Notes under the pieces: generated by a model
What the model was told of the DNA's origin: nothing
What the model saw: the letters and a program-made list of their open reading frames with translations, nothing else
Databases searched by the model: none
Translations under genes and position numbers: made by a program
In this document: positions 1 to 6,854 of the stretch, piece by piece
Layout of the letters: each line of letters opens with the position of its first letter
Position numbering within the stretch: position 1 is the first letter of the stretch
Assembly (NCBI GenBank): GCA_051891975.1
Contig: JBJFFT010000017.1
Location: 1 to 45,198 of the forward strand
Reading direction: 5' to 3'
Length of the DNA: 45,198 nucleotides
From: Candidatus Spyradenecus sp.
Lineage (GTDB): Bacteria > Verrucomicrobiota > Kiritimatiellia > RFP12 > DVOR01

Positions 1-491
1 TCAGGCCGGTCCAAGGCGTGGCAGATGGGCGCATCGTACTCGTCAATGAGGATGACCGCCTGCTTACCCTGCTCTTTCAACTGCGCAAGAGCGGCATCCA
101 ACTGCACGCGCGGCTCGTCTTCTGCAACCGACACCTGTGCACTGGAGAGCGCCACCCTCACCGCATTGCGCAAGCCACTCATAAAGGACTCGAAGTTCTC
201 CCCCGTCGCTCGCGACAAATCCAGATGGATAACTGGCCAGGGCTGCCAGTCGTAGTCGGTCTTGGCAATAGCGAGCCCCTCGAAGAGTTCGCGCTTGCCC
301 TCGAAGATGGTCTTGAAGGTGGAGATCATCAGCGACTTGCCAAAGCGCCGCGGCCGCGCCAGGAAGAAGAAGCACGGTGTCGCCGTCGCGGTCTGAATCA
401 GCCGATAAAAGTAGTCCGTCTTATCCACATAGATATTCTGCGCCCTACGAAGCATCGGGAACTCAGAACATCCTTCATTGATTAAGGCCAT
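1..491 (-). CDS. AAA-ATPase-like domain protein, N-terminal part only (C-terminus lies left of the window)
   Basis: Absent from the supplied track (runs off the edge). Reverse translation from ATG 491-489 gives MALINEGCSEFPMLRRAQNIYVDKTDYFYRLIQ..CFFFLARPRRFGKSLMISTFKTIFEG..VILIDEYDAP. This shows the YVDKT, RPRRFGKS (Walker A-like) and ILIDEYD (Walker B-like) pattern of the predicted AAA-ATPase family often fused to a PD-(D/E)XK domain. AGGAG lies 6 nt upstream. Confidence 0.7.
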   Translation of the reverse strand, partial: MALINEGCSEFPMLRRAQNIYVDKTDYFYRLIQTATATPCFFFLARPRRFGKSLMISTFKTIFEGKRELFEGLAIAKTDYDWQPWPVIHLDLSRATGENFESFMSGLRNAVRVALSSAQVSVAEDEPRVQLDAALAQLKEQGKQAVILIDEYDAPICHALDRP

Positions 492-513
492 CGCTCGCTC
501 CTTTCTGCCGCCT

Positions 514-526
514 AGTATAACACAAG
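514..526 (-). promoter_or_regulatory. extended -10 promoter motif (CTTGTGTTATACT) for the 1..491 ATPase gene
   Basis: The reverse strand reads CTTGTGTTATACT, a variant of the recurrent GCTTRTGCTATAMT motif. It sits 22 nt upstream of the ATG, with AGGAG in between. Confidence 0.4.
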
Positions 527-542
527 TGCTCGCTGCGCTCGC

Positions 543-569
543 GTGAACGGTGAGAGGTGAACGGTGAGC
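543..569 (+). repeat. S-array: GTGAACG-type heptamer tandem repeat
   Basis: GTGAACG GTGAGAG GTGAACG GTGAGC. Near-identical arrays occur at 37237-37265 and 39004-39034. Confidence 0.8.
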
Positions 570-576
570 ACGCCCC

Positions 577-640
577 CACCCTTCCATAGAAAACCGCGCG
601 CGCTCGTTACGCGCGTACGCGCACGCGCCTATGCGCGCGA
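577..640 (+). repeat. GC-rich repeat module (CCATAGAA..GCGCGTACGCGC..), inverted copy at 8278-8343
   Basis: CCTTCCATAGAAAACCGCGCGCGCTCGTTACGCGCGTACGCGCACGCGCC matches the reverse complement of 8278-8343 (..GCACGTGCGCGTACGCGCGTAACGCTCGCGCGCAGTCTTCTATGGGAGG) by eye. Confidence 0.7.
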
Positions 641-732
641 TAGGCCCTAGGTCGACTCGAGGTAGGCCCTAGGTCGACTCGAGGTAGGGCCTAGGTCGAG
701 GTGAGGTAGGGCCTAGGTCGAGGTGAGGTAGG
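639..732 (+). repeat. T-array: 22-bp tandem repeat, about 4.2 units (TAGGSCCTAGGTCGAVKYGAGG)
   Basis: Units at 641-662, 663-684, 685-706 and 707-728, each with a central CCTAGG. The same family occurs at 8182-8279, 14222-14277, 23717-23771, 25432-25486 and 37431-37531. Confidence 0.85.
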
Positions 733-755
733 CGCGGGGAGCGTGATGAACAGGG

Positions 756-790
756 TTGTCGACAGGTTATCGACAGCGGTCCGTCGATAA
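756..790. promoter_or_regulatory. three DnaA-box-like 9-mers (two direct, one inverted)
   Basis: TTGTCGACA 756-764, TTATCGACA 767-775 and CGTCGATAA 782-790 (TTATCGACG on the other strand). This is the same TTATCGACA variant as the origin boxes at 43856-43986. Confidence 0.4.
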
Positions 791-852
791 GCGGCAGCGG
801 CAGCCGGAGAGGCCGTCAGGGAGCGGGCGGGGAGTAGGCGCGCATTTTTTGG

Positions 853-882
853 TTGACTTGCAGGGAGGGGGCGTGCTACTAT
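853..882 (+). promoter_or_regulatory. sigma70-like promoter candidate for ORF 925..1128
   Basis: TTGACT (853-858), 18-nt spacer, TACTAT (877-882). Confidence 0.4.
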
Positions 883-924
883 GTGAGGACTTTTGGACCC
901 TTTGTATACACTGGAGGTTTTGAT

Positions 925-1128
925 ATGGGAACTGGTCGTACCCTCAATAAGAAGCCGGCGACGCGGCCGGTGAAGTCCGCTGGCGAGCGTCGTCGCCGGG
1001 ATGCGGTTCAGCGCAAGCGCTTGGTGGCGTTGGGGCTTGACGAGGCGGTTGTCTCGAAGTTGAACGCGGTGCAGATCCGCGACTACCTGCGCACGCCGGC
1101 CAAGACGAAGGCCGCGTTCGCGAAGTAA
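925..1128 (+). CDS. small very basic hypothetical protein (67 aa)
   Basis: Lies inside track ORF 853..1128. ATG 925 is preceded by GGAGG 7 nt upstream. Product is MGTGRTLNKKPATRPVKSAGERRRRDAVQRKRLVALGLDE... No family recognised. Confidence 0.4.
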   Translation: MGTGRTLNKKPATRPVKSAGERRRRDAVQRKRLVALGLDEAVVSKLNAVQIRDYLRTPAKTKAAFAK

Positions 1129-1204
1129 GCCGGGCCTTTCCGGTTTCATCCTGAAGGCACATCCGCGATTGGTGCGGGTGTGCTTTTGTTATGGAGGGCG
1201 CGTG

Positions 1205-2530
1205 ATGCGGGACTTTCTGGAGCGGTTGGCGCAGCGGCGGAAGTTTGGAATCCGGCCGGGGTTGGAGACGATGCGCGCGTTGTGCGCGGCGTTGGGGAAC
1301 CCGGAGGCGGAGTTCGCGGTCATTCACATTGCCGGCACTAATGGCAAGGGCAGCGTGGCGGCGATTTGCGAGGCGGCGCTGCGGACGATGGGGCTGCGCG
1401 TGGGGCGCTACACCTCCCCGCACTTGGTGCGCGTGAATGAGCGCTTTGTGATTGATGGCGAGGCGGTGAGCGATGAGGCGCTTGACCGCGCGCTCGACCA
1501 GGTGGAGGCGGCGAGTGCGCGTGCGGGGTTGGAGCCAACCTTCTTCGAGGTGCTGACCGCGTGCGCGTGGCTGATCTTCCGCGAGGCTGGCGTGCGCTTG
1601 GTGGTGGCCGAGGTGGGGATGGGCGGCCGGTGGGACGCGACGAATGTCATCGAGGCCCCGCTCGTCTCGGTCATCACCCACGTGGCGCTCGACCACTGCG
1701 CCATTCTGGGCGAGACGATCGAGGCGATTGCCGCCGAGAAGTCGGGCATCATCAAGGCTGGCCGGCCGGTGGTGATGGGGGCGATGGACGCGCGCGCCAA
1801 GGCGGTCATCGCCGCCCGGGCCCGGGAGCTGGGCGCGAGCGTTCACGACGCGAGCGAGGAGGTGCGGGTGGCCGTCTCGCGCCGCACCCTCCACGGGCAG
1901 ACGCTGCAGTGCTCGACGGCGCAGGGCGATTACCCGGCCGCGCTGACGCGTCTCGCTGGCAGCTACCAGGTGGAGAATGCGGCCACGGCGCTCTGCGCGC
2001 TCGAACGGCTGACCGAGGCCGGGCTGCCGGTGCCGCCCAAGGCCTTCTCCGAGGGGCTGCGGACGGTCTCCTGGCCGGGCCGCTGCGAGCTCATCGCCCA
2101 GGATCCGCCCACCTTCCTCGATGGCGGGCACAACCCCGACGCGATGGCCGCGCTGCGCGAGGCGCTCAAGTCGATGCACATTCGCCGGCGTGTGGCGCTG
2201 GTCTGCGGCTTTTGCGGGGATAAGGCGGTGCGTGCGGCCTTGAAGGAGATTGCGCCCTTGGTCTCGGCCGCGTGGACGGTGCCCCTGCAAAACGAGCGGG
2301 CCCTGACGAGCGAAGCGTTGGCCGAGGAGGTACGCGCGGCCGGCATTGCGCGCGTGGTGGCGATGGACTCGGTCGCCGAGGGCATCGACGCGGCCACCGC
2401 CTGGGCCGAGGAGTGTCAGGGCACGGTGCTCATCTGCGGCTCGCTCTTCCTCGTTGGCGAAGTCCTCGCCCTGCGCGGCGAAGGCAACAGCGCCATCGAC
2501 CCGAGCGAGGCCGTGCGCGCGAGCCTTTAA
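1205..2530 (+). CDS. folC: folylpolyglutamate synthase / dihydrofolate synthase
   Basis: Mur-ligase/FolC hallmarks: GIRPGLETMRALCAALGNP, the P-loop IHIAGTNGKGSV, and YTSPHLVRVNERF. Start taken at ATG 1205 (MRDFLERL); the track ORF begins at 1169. Confidence 0.85.
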   Translation: MRDFLERLAQRRKFGIRPGLETMRALCAALGNPEAEFAVIHIAGTNGKGSVAAICEAALRTMGLRVGRYTSPHLVRVNERFVIDGEAVSDEALDRALDQVEAASARAGLEPTFFEVLTACAWLIFREAGVRLVVAEVGMGGRWDATNVIEAPLVSVITHVALDHCAILGETIEAIAAEKSGIIKAGRPVVMGAMDARAKAVIAARARELGASVHDASEEVRVAVSRRTLHGQTLQCSTAQGDYPAALTRLAGSYQVENAATALCALERLTEAGLPVPPKAFSEGLRTVSWPGRCELIAQDPPTFLDGGHNPDAMAALREALKSMHIRRRVALVCGFCGDKAVRAALKEIAPLVSAAWTVPLQNERALTSEALAEEVRAAGIARVVAMDSVAEGIDAATAWAEECQGTVLICGSLFLVGEVLALRGEGNSAIDPSEAVRASL

Positions 2531-3402
2531 TCGCGCGCGGCAAAGGGCGGGCGCACGGTGCGGAAGGTGCGGCCTAGGACAGTCAGTTCAACGGCGCGGA
2601 GGGCTTGGTTGGGGAGGCGCAGGCGCTCCCAGTCCTCGGGGGTGAGGCGGTCTTCGCGGAACTTGAGGAAGAGCTCGGGGTCCGGGCCGTAGACCTTGTC
2701 GCCCACCACCGGCCAGCCGAGGGAGCGGAGGGTGGCGCGGATTTGGTGGGTGCGCCCGGTGACAAGTTCGGCCGAGAGGCGCGTGGTGCCGGGCCAAGGG
2801 CCGGGGCCGAGGCGCTCAAACCAGGTGGCTGAGCCGCGGTCGGGCGAGAGGGGCGGCAGCTCGGTGCAGAGGCGGGCATTCTCCAGGCGGCGCATCGAGT
2901 AGACCGGTGGCTCATTGCAGCGGTGGATCTCGCCGACGGCGCAGAGGCGGCCGGCCGGGAAGTCGCCCTCCACGATGACTTCGTAGCGCTTGCGCTTGGG
3001 GGCCTTGCCGAGGAGTGCGGCCATCTGGGGATCTTTGGCCACCAGAACCAGGCCGCTGGTCTCGCGGTCGAGGCGGGAGACCAGGTGGATGGTGTTGCCG
3101 GGGCGCTGCTTTTTAAGGAAGGCTTCGAGGGTGTGGAAGCGGTAGGCGCCGCTGGAGTGGACCGGCAAATCGGCCGGCTTGTCAATGACCATCATCCGCG
3201 CGTCCTCATAGACCCAGCGGATGTCCCAATCGACCGGCGGGTCCACGCGCCGCGCAGGGCACGCCGCGTACAGTGAACAGTCGGCAGTCGACAGTCGACA
3301 GTGCGCGTGCCGCGACGGGCAAACGGGAGGCCCTTTGGCCGGGCTTTCCACCTCCGGCGCCAGCTCTGTCGACTGTTCACTGTCGACTGTCGACGCTTCC
3401 AT
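2527..3402 (-). CDS. RluA-family pseudouridine synthase (start uncertain)
   Basis: VIDKPADLPVH, HLVSRLDRETSGLVLVAKD (catalytic Asp motif) and GRTHQIRATL. With ATG 3402 as start, the first ~45 codons run through repeat element 3271-3393. An in-frame GTG at 3246 (VDPPVDWDIRWVYED) is an alternative start. Confidence 0.8.
   Translation of the reverse strand: MEASTVDSEQSTELAPEVESPAKGPPVCPSRHAHCRLSTADCSLYAACPARRVDPPVDWDIRWVYEDARMMVIDKPADLPVHSSGAYRFHTLEAFLKKQRPGNTIHLVSRLDRETSGLVLVAKDPQMAALLGKAPKRKRYEVIVEGDFPAGRLCAVGEIHRCNEPPVYSMRRLENARLCTELPPLSPDRGSATWFERLGPGPWPGTTRLSAELVTGRTHQIRATLRSLGWPVVGDKVYGPDPELFLKFREDRLTPEDWERLRLPNQALRAVELTVLGRTFRTVRPPFAARD
3271..3393. repeat. E-element copy 1: palindromic element with GTCGACA heptamer arms around a conserved core
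   Basis: Left arm CAGTGAACAGTCGGCAGTCGACAGTCGACAGTG (3271-3303). Core GCGCGTGCCGCGACGGGCAAACGGGAGGCCCTTTGGCCGGGCTTTCCACCTCCGGCGCCAGC. Right arm CTGTCGACTGTTCACTGTCGACTGTCGAC (3365-3393), largely the reverse complement of the left arm. Confidence 0.8.
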
Positions 3403-3410
3403 CACGCCCC

Positions 3411-4223
3411 TCACGGCTTGCGCTTGCGTTTGGCGGCGGGGCGGTGGAGGATGTAGCGGCCGCCGCCGAGTTCGGCCAGGGCCTTGAGGGTGGGCGAGGA
3501 TTGGCCGATGGCAATGCAGGAGAGTTCGACCTCCTTGGGCGGCGGAGGCAGGAGCACTTGGCCCGAGAGGCGCGGCTGACGAGGGTTCGGGGGGCGCCAG
3601 TTCCGCCACGGGGCGCGCCAGACCTCCTTCTGGCGGCGGAGAACCTTGTGTTCGGGGGCGGTGTCCTTCTCGGAGAGGGCATACCACGGTTCGAGGGCGG
3701 CGCGGACGGCCTGGGCGTGGGTGGCGATGTCGTTGTCGCCCAGGTAGAAGAGGTGGGTGATGTGGTGGCGGGAGACCAGTGGCCAGAGGCGCTCGCCGAA
3801 GGTGATCTCGAAGCTGCCGCCGGAGATGAGCGCGCGGCCTTCGACCTCGGCCACGAGCTTGTCGGCGGCGCCGGGGTTGGCCATGTCGTAGCAGACTGAG
3901 CCGGTGTGGGGGGTGCGCCCGCCCTCGAAGAGCACGACCACGGCGTAGGGGACGCGGCGGGGTGGGGCGGCGAGAGCGGTCATCCGCTCGGCCATCGAGC
4001 GCACTTCGTCGCAGAGCGTCTGCCAGCGAGTGCCGCCATCGTCGCGGGAGGCATCCTTGCGGCCCATTGATTTGGAGGTATCGAGGATGAGCAGGACGCG
4101 GGCACCCGTTTCGGGCAGGGGCAGACCGTAGAAGGCCGGGGCGTAGCGTTCGGCCAAGGGCGCCTCTTGGGCCATCGCAAAGAGGCCGAAGGCAGCAAAG
4201 AGCAAGAGCAGAAGCCGTTTCAT
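3411..4223 (-). CDS. secreted von Willebrand factor A (vWA)-like domain protein
   Basis: Signal peptide MKRLLLLLFAAFGLFAMAQE and a MIDAS-like motif VLLILDTSKSMG. Start at ATG 4223; the track ORF extends to 4310 through repeat DNA. Confidence 0.6.
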   Translation of the reverse strand: MKRLLLLLFAAFGLFAMAQEAPLAERYAPAFYGLPLPETGARVLLILDTSKSMGRKDASRDDGGTRWQTLCDEVRSMAERMTALAAPPRRVPYAVVVLFEGGRTPHTGSVCYDMANPGAADKLVAEVEGRALISGGSFEITFGERLWPLVSRHHITHLFYLGDNDIATHAQAVRAALEPWYALSEKDTAPEHKVLRRQKEVWRAPWRNWRPPNPRQPRLSGQVLLPPPPKEVELSCIAIGQSSPTLKALAELGGGRYILHRPAAKRKRKP

Positions 4224-4230
4224 AGGCGGT

Positions 4231-4244
4231 AGGATAGCATAAGC
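4231..4244 (-). promoter_or_regulatory. extended -10 promoter motif GCTTATGCTATCCT, 7 nt from the vWA start codon
   Basis: The reverse strand reads GCGCCGCAGGCGC-TTATGCTATCCT-ACCGCCT-ATG. No Shine-Dalgarno sequence is possible in the 7-nt gap. Confidence 0.45.
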
Positions 4245-4390
4245 GCCTGCGGCGCGCGAGGTGCTCGCTACGCTCGCGTGAAAGGCACCCTTTTCGCGCC
4301 GAAGGCGCACCTCACGGCGGCAAAGCCGCCACCTCTCGCGGGCTATGCCCGCACCTCACGGCCCGCAGGGCCCCCTCACGCGCCGCAGGC
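4243..4390. repeat. H-array: tandem 20-22-nt units of ACCTCAC-type linker plus short GC hairpin (two sub-arrays facing the two divergent genes)
   Basis: ..CACCTCAC GGCGGcaaaGCCGCC ACCTCTC GCGGGctatGCCCGC ACCTCAC GGCCCgcaGGGCC CCCTCAC GCGCCgcaGGCGC, followed directly by TTATGCTACAAT. The left part (4256-4290) reads in the opposite orientation, toward the vWA gene. Confidence 0.85.
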
Positions 4391-4404
4391 GCTTATGCTA
4401 CAAT
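4391..4404 (+). promoter_or_regulatory. extended -10 promoter motif GCTTATGCTACAAT
   Basis: TGC + TACAAT (4399-4404). ATG 4403 overlaps the -10 hexamer. ATG 4412 lies 7 nt downstream of it. Confidence 0.45.
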
Positions 4405-5293
4405 GCGCACTATGAATACCACCCAGCCTGTAGCCGTTGAGATTACCAGTTTGGCGAATGCCAAGATTAAGGATGTGGTCCGTTTGCGCCAGCGCAGCCA
4501 TCGCGATGATGCTGGGCTGATGTTGGTGGAGGGCTACCGCGAGATCCACCGCGCCCTCGACCACGGCTACAAGCCCACCGCTCTCTTCTACTGCCCCGAC
4601 CTGTGGCTCAAGCACGAGCATGAGCCCGCCTTGGTGGCGCAGTGCGCGGCGCTGGGCGCCCGCCTCTACACCTGCTCCAAGCCGGTCTTCGAGAAGATTG
4701 CCTACCGCGAACGCCCGGATGGGCTCCTGGCCGTGGGCCCGCAGATCGCCGTCACGCTCGCCGACCTCACGCTGCCGCCCGACGCGCTCCTGCTGGTCTG
4801 CGAGAGCATCGAGAAGCCCGGGAACTTGGGCACGATGCTCCGCTCGGCCGATGCTTCCGGGGCCGCGGCGGTCATCGTCTGCGACCCGTGCACCGACATC
4901 CACAACCCCAACGTGGTCCGCGCCTCCACCGGCACGCTCTTCTCGATGCCCGTGGCCGTGGCCGGCGCGCAGGAGACGGTGGCGTGGCTCAAGGCCAACG
5001 GCTTTGCCATTATGGCCGCCACCCCGCACGCCGAGAAGCTCTACTTCGAGCAGCCCCTCATCGGCCGCGTGGCCCTCTGCCTGGGGAGCGAACAGTATGG
5101 CCTCACCGACACCTTTATGAACGACGCCGGGCTGCGCGTGCGCATCCCCATGCTCGGCGTGGCCGACTCGCTGAACGTCTCAGCGGCGGCCACCATCCTC
5201 CTCTCCGAAGTGGTCCGCCAGCGCATCTGCGCCGGCTCGGTCACCCCGCCCCCCGCCGAACCCTGGCACGGCGAAAGCACCCACGACCACTAA
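4403..5293 (+). CDS. TrmH/SpoU-family RNA 2'-O-ribose methyltransferase
   Basis: SpoU motifs LLLVCESIEKPGNLGTMLRSADASGAAAVIV, LGSEQYGL and IPMLGVADSLNVSAAATILL. ATG 4412 (MNTTQP) is the likelier start if the -10 at 4399-4404 is real. Confidence 0.8.
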   Translation: MRTMNTTQPVAVEITSLANAKIKDVVRLRQRSHRDDAGLMLVEGYREIHRALDHGYKPTALFYCPDLWLKHEHEPALVAQCAALGARLYTCSKPVFEKIAYRERPDGLLAVGPQIAVTLADLTLPPDALLLVCESIEKPGNLGTMLRSADASGAAAVIVCDPCTDIHNPNVVRASTGTLFSMPVAVAGAQETVAWLKANGFAIMAATPHAEKLYFEQPLIGRVALCLGSEQYGLTDTFMNDAGLRVRIPMLGVADSLNVSAAATILLSEVVRQRICAGSVTPPPAEPWHGESTHDH

Positions 5294-5297
5294 GGCT

Positions 5298-6137
5298 ATG
5301 GCTCCGCGCTTCTCTTCTTCCCCCTGGGCGCTTTCGCTGCTGATCAACGCGGCGCTGGCGCTGCTGTTGATGGGCTTTTCCTTCGGCGGCTGCACCGCCA
5401 AGCACGAGGAGAACATCCCGATGGAGTTCCTCGTGGTCACCGAGGAGAATGCCGCCGACCGCCTGGCCGAGGAGCCGAACGAGGCCGTCGACCCCGAGCC
5501 GGAGCCCGAGCCGCCCCAACCCGAGCCCCCAGCGCCGGATCCCATCCCCCCGCCGTTGCCCGACCCCGACCCCATTCCGATGCCGCCTCCGCCTAAGCCC
5601 GAGAAGAAGCCCGAGCCTAAGCCCGAGAAGCCCAAGCCGGAAAAGAAACCCGAGGCGCCCAAGCCCGAGAAGAAGCCGGAGAAGAAACCCGAGAAGAAGA
5701 AGCCGGTTATCAAGATTGGCGAGCGCGTCGGCCCCGTCACCCAGGGCAAGAAGGATAAGACCAAGGCCGCCACCCAGAAGGCCCCCAGCCCCGAGGAGAT
5801 CCGCCGCCTGCTCGCCGCCGGTGCCAAGCCCGGCAACAAGAACCAACTCCCCGCCAACGAGGCCTCCCGCTGCTACGGCCTCATCTCCCGCGCCTTCAAG
5901 GAGGCATGCGACCGCTATGGCCTCGAGCCGCCCCCCACCGGGCGCGACCCCGTCCTCACCGTCACCTTTGGTCCTGGCGGCACCATCCGCTCAATCACCC
6001 TCAAAGCAGGCTCGGGCGACCGCGCGTGGGACGCGAGCGCCCTCCAAGCCTGCCGCCAAGTGCGCACCGTCGAGGGGCTCTCGGACTCCTTCCTCAAGGC
6101 GCAGTCCAGCGCGGATATTCGCTTAAATGTGCGCTAG
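5298..6137 (+). CDS. TonB-family energy transducer-like protein
   Basis: N-terminal TM helix (WALSLLINAALALLLMGFSF), a long Pro/Glu/Lys-rich spacer (PEPEPEPPQPEPPAPDP..KPEKKPEPKPEKPKPEKKPE), and a C-terminal TonB_C-like segment (LTVTFGPGGTIRSITLKAGSGDRAWDASALQACRQV). Confidence 0.7.
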   Translation: MAPRFSSSPWALSLLINAALALLLMGFSFGGCTAKHEENIPMEFLVVTEENAADRLAEEPNEAVDPEPEPEPPQPEPPAPDPIPPPLPDPDPIPMPPPPKPEKKPEPKPEKPKPEKKPEAPKPEKKPEKKPEKKKPVIKIGERVGPVTQGKKDKTKAATQKAPSPEEIRRLLAAGAKPGNKNQLPANEASRCYGLISRAFKEACDRYGLEPPPTGRDPVLTVTFGPGGTIRSITLKAGSGDRAWDASALQACRQVRTVEGLSDSFLKAQSSADIRLNVR

Positions 6138-6180
6138 CCGCCGGGGACGACGGCTGTCAGAACGCGCAACGCAGAAAGTA

Positions 6181-6208
6181 AGCGGCCGGAGGTCTTCCTC
6201 CGGCCGCT
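6181..6208. terminator. 12-bp GC stem-loop between convergent genes (TonB-like and hisB)
   Basis: AGCGGCCGGAGG tctt CCTCCGGCCGCT. There is no clean U-tract (CTGTTATG follows), so intrinsic-terminator function is uncertain. Confidence 0.45.
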
Positions 6209-6220
6209 CTGTTATGCACT

Positions 6221-6257
6221 GCCGGCTAGCCGCTAACAGCTAACCGCTAGCGGCTGC
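6221..6257. repeat. GCTAACN/TAGCGGT heptamer-type array just downstream of the hisB stop
   Basis: GCCGGCTAGCCGCTAACAGCTAACCGCTAGCGGCTGC. On the hisB sense strand it reads TAGCGGTTAGCTGTTAGCGGCTAGCC, closely resembling the array after the sirtuin gene (35871-35895). Confidence 0.7.
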
Positions 6258-6259
6258 TT

Positions 6260-6844
6260 TTACAGCACGCCCTTGCTGGAGGGGATGCCGCTATCGCGGG
6301 GGTCGGGCTCGAGGGCGGCGCGCAGGGCGCGGGCGAGGCCCTTGAAGACGGCCTCGTAGGCGTGGTGGACCTCGGCGCCGTAGGGCTGGACCACGTGGAG
6401 GTTCATCCGGGCATTGGTGGAGAAGGCGCGCATAAACTCCTCGAGGAGCTGGACGTTGAAGTCGCGGATATGCTGCTCGGGGTGGGAGATCTTCCAGACG
6501 AGGAAGGGGCGGCCACCGAGGTCGACGAGGACATCGGCGCGCGCTTCGTCCATCGGCAGCATAAAGAAGCCATAGCGGCGGATCCCCTTGCGCTCGCCGA
6601 GGGCCTGGTCGAGGGCCGAGCCGAGGACGAGGCCGACATCCTCGACGGTGTGGTGGTAGTCCACCTGGAGGTCGCCGTGGCAGGTGAGGGTGAGGTCGAT
6701 GAGCGAGTGGCGGGCGAAGAGCTCGAGCATGTGGTCGAAGAAGCCAATGCCGGTGGAGATGGCGTGCTTGCCGGTGCCATCGAGGTTGAGCTCCAGGCGG
6801 ATGTCGGTTTCGCGGGTGGTGCGGGTGATTTGGGCAGTGCGCAT
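6260..6844 (-). CDS. hisB: imidazoleglycerol-phosphate dehydratase
   Basis: MRTAQITRTTRETDIRLELNLDGTGKHAISTGIGFFDHMLELFARHS..HHTVEDVGLVLG, the canonical IGPD motifs. GGAG lies upstream of ATG 6844. Confidence 0.9.
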   Translation of the reverse strand: MRTAQITRTTRETDIRLELNLDGTGKHAISTGIGFFDHMLELFARHSLIDLTLTCHGDLQVDYHHTVEDVGLVLGSALDQALGERKGIRRYGFFMLPMDEARADVLVDLGGRPFLVWKISHPEQHIRDFNVQLLEEFMRAFSTNARMNLHVVQPYGAEVHHAYEAVFKGLARALRAALEPDPRDSGIPSSKGVL

Positions 6845-6854
6845 GGCTCTCTCC

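Noticed and set aside
421-429. Perfect E. coli-type DnaA box TTATCCACA
   Set aside because: It is a single isolated copy inside the coding sequence of the 1-491 ATPase gene (it encodes part of YVDKT on the other strand). It is also not the TTATCGACA variant used at the origin.
944-2290. 448-aa minus ORF, and similar long antisense ORFs at 10728-12032, 12055-13305, 16749-17930, 21444-22247 and 36050-37366
   Set aside because: Each lies opposite a confidently identified gene (folC, dnaJ, purB, rfbH, the GtrA-like gene, the methyltransferase). Each has the arginine/glycine/alanine-rich composition expected from the reverse frame of GC-rich genes.
5180-5857. Minus-strand ORFs (5180-5857 and 5241-5846) with Gly/Ser/Phe-rich repeats
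   Set aside because: They are the antisense reading of the Pro/Glu/Lys-rich spacer of the TonB-like gene.
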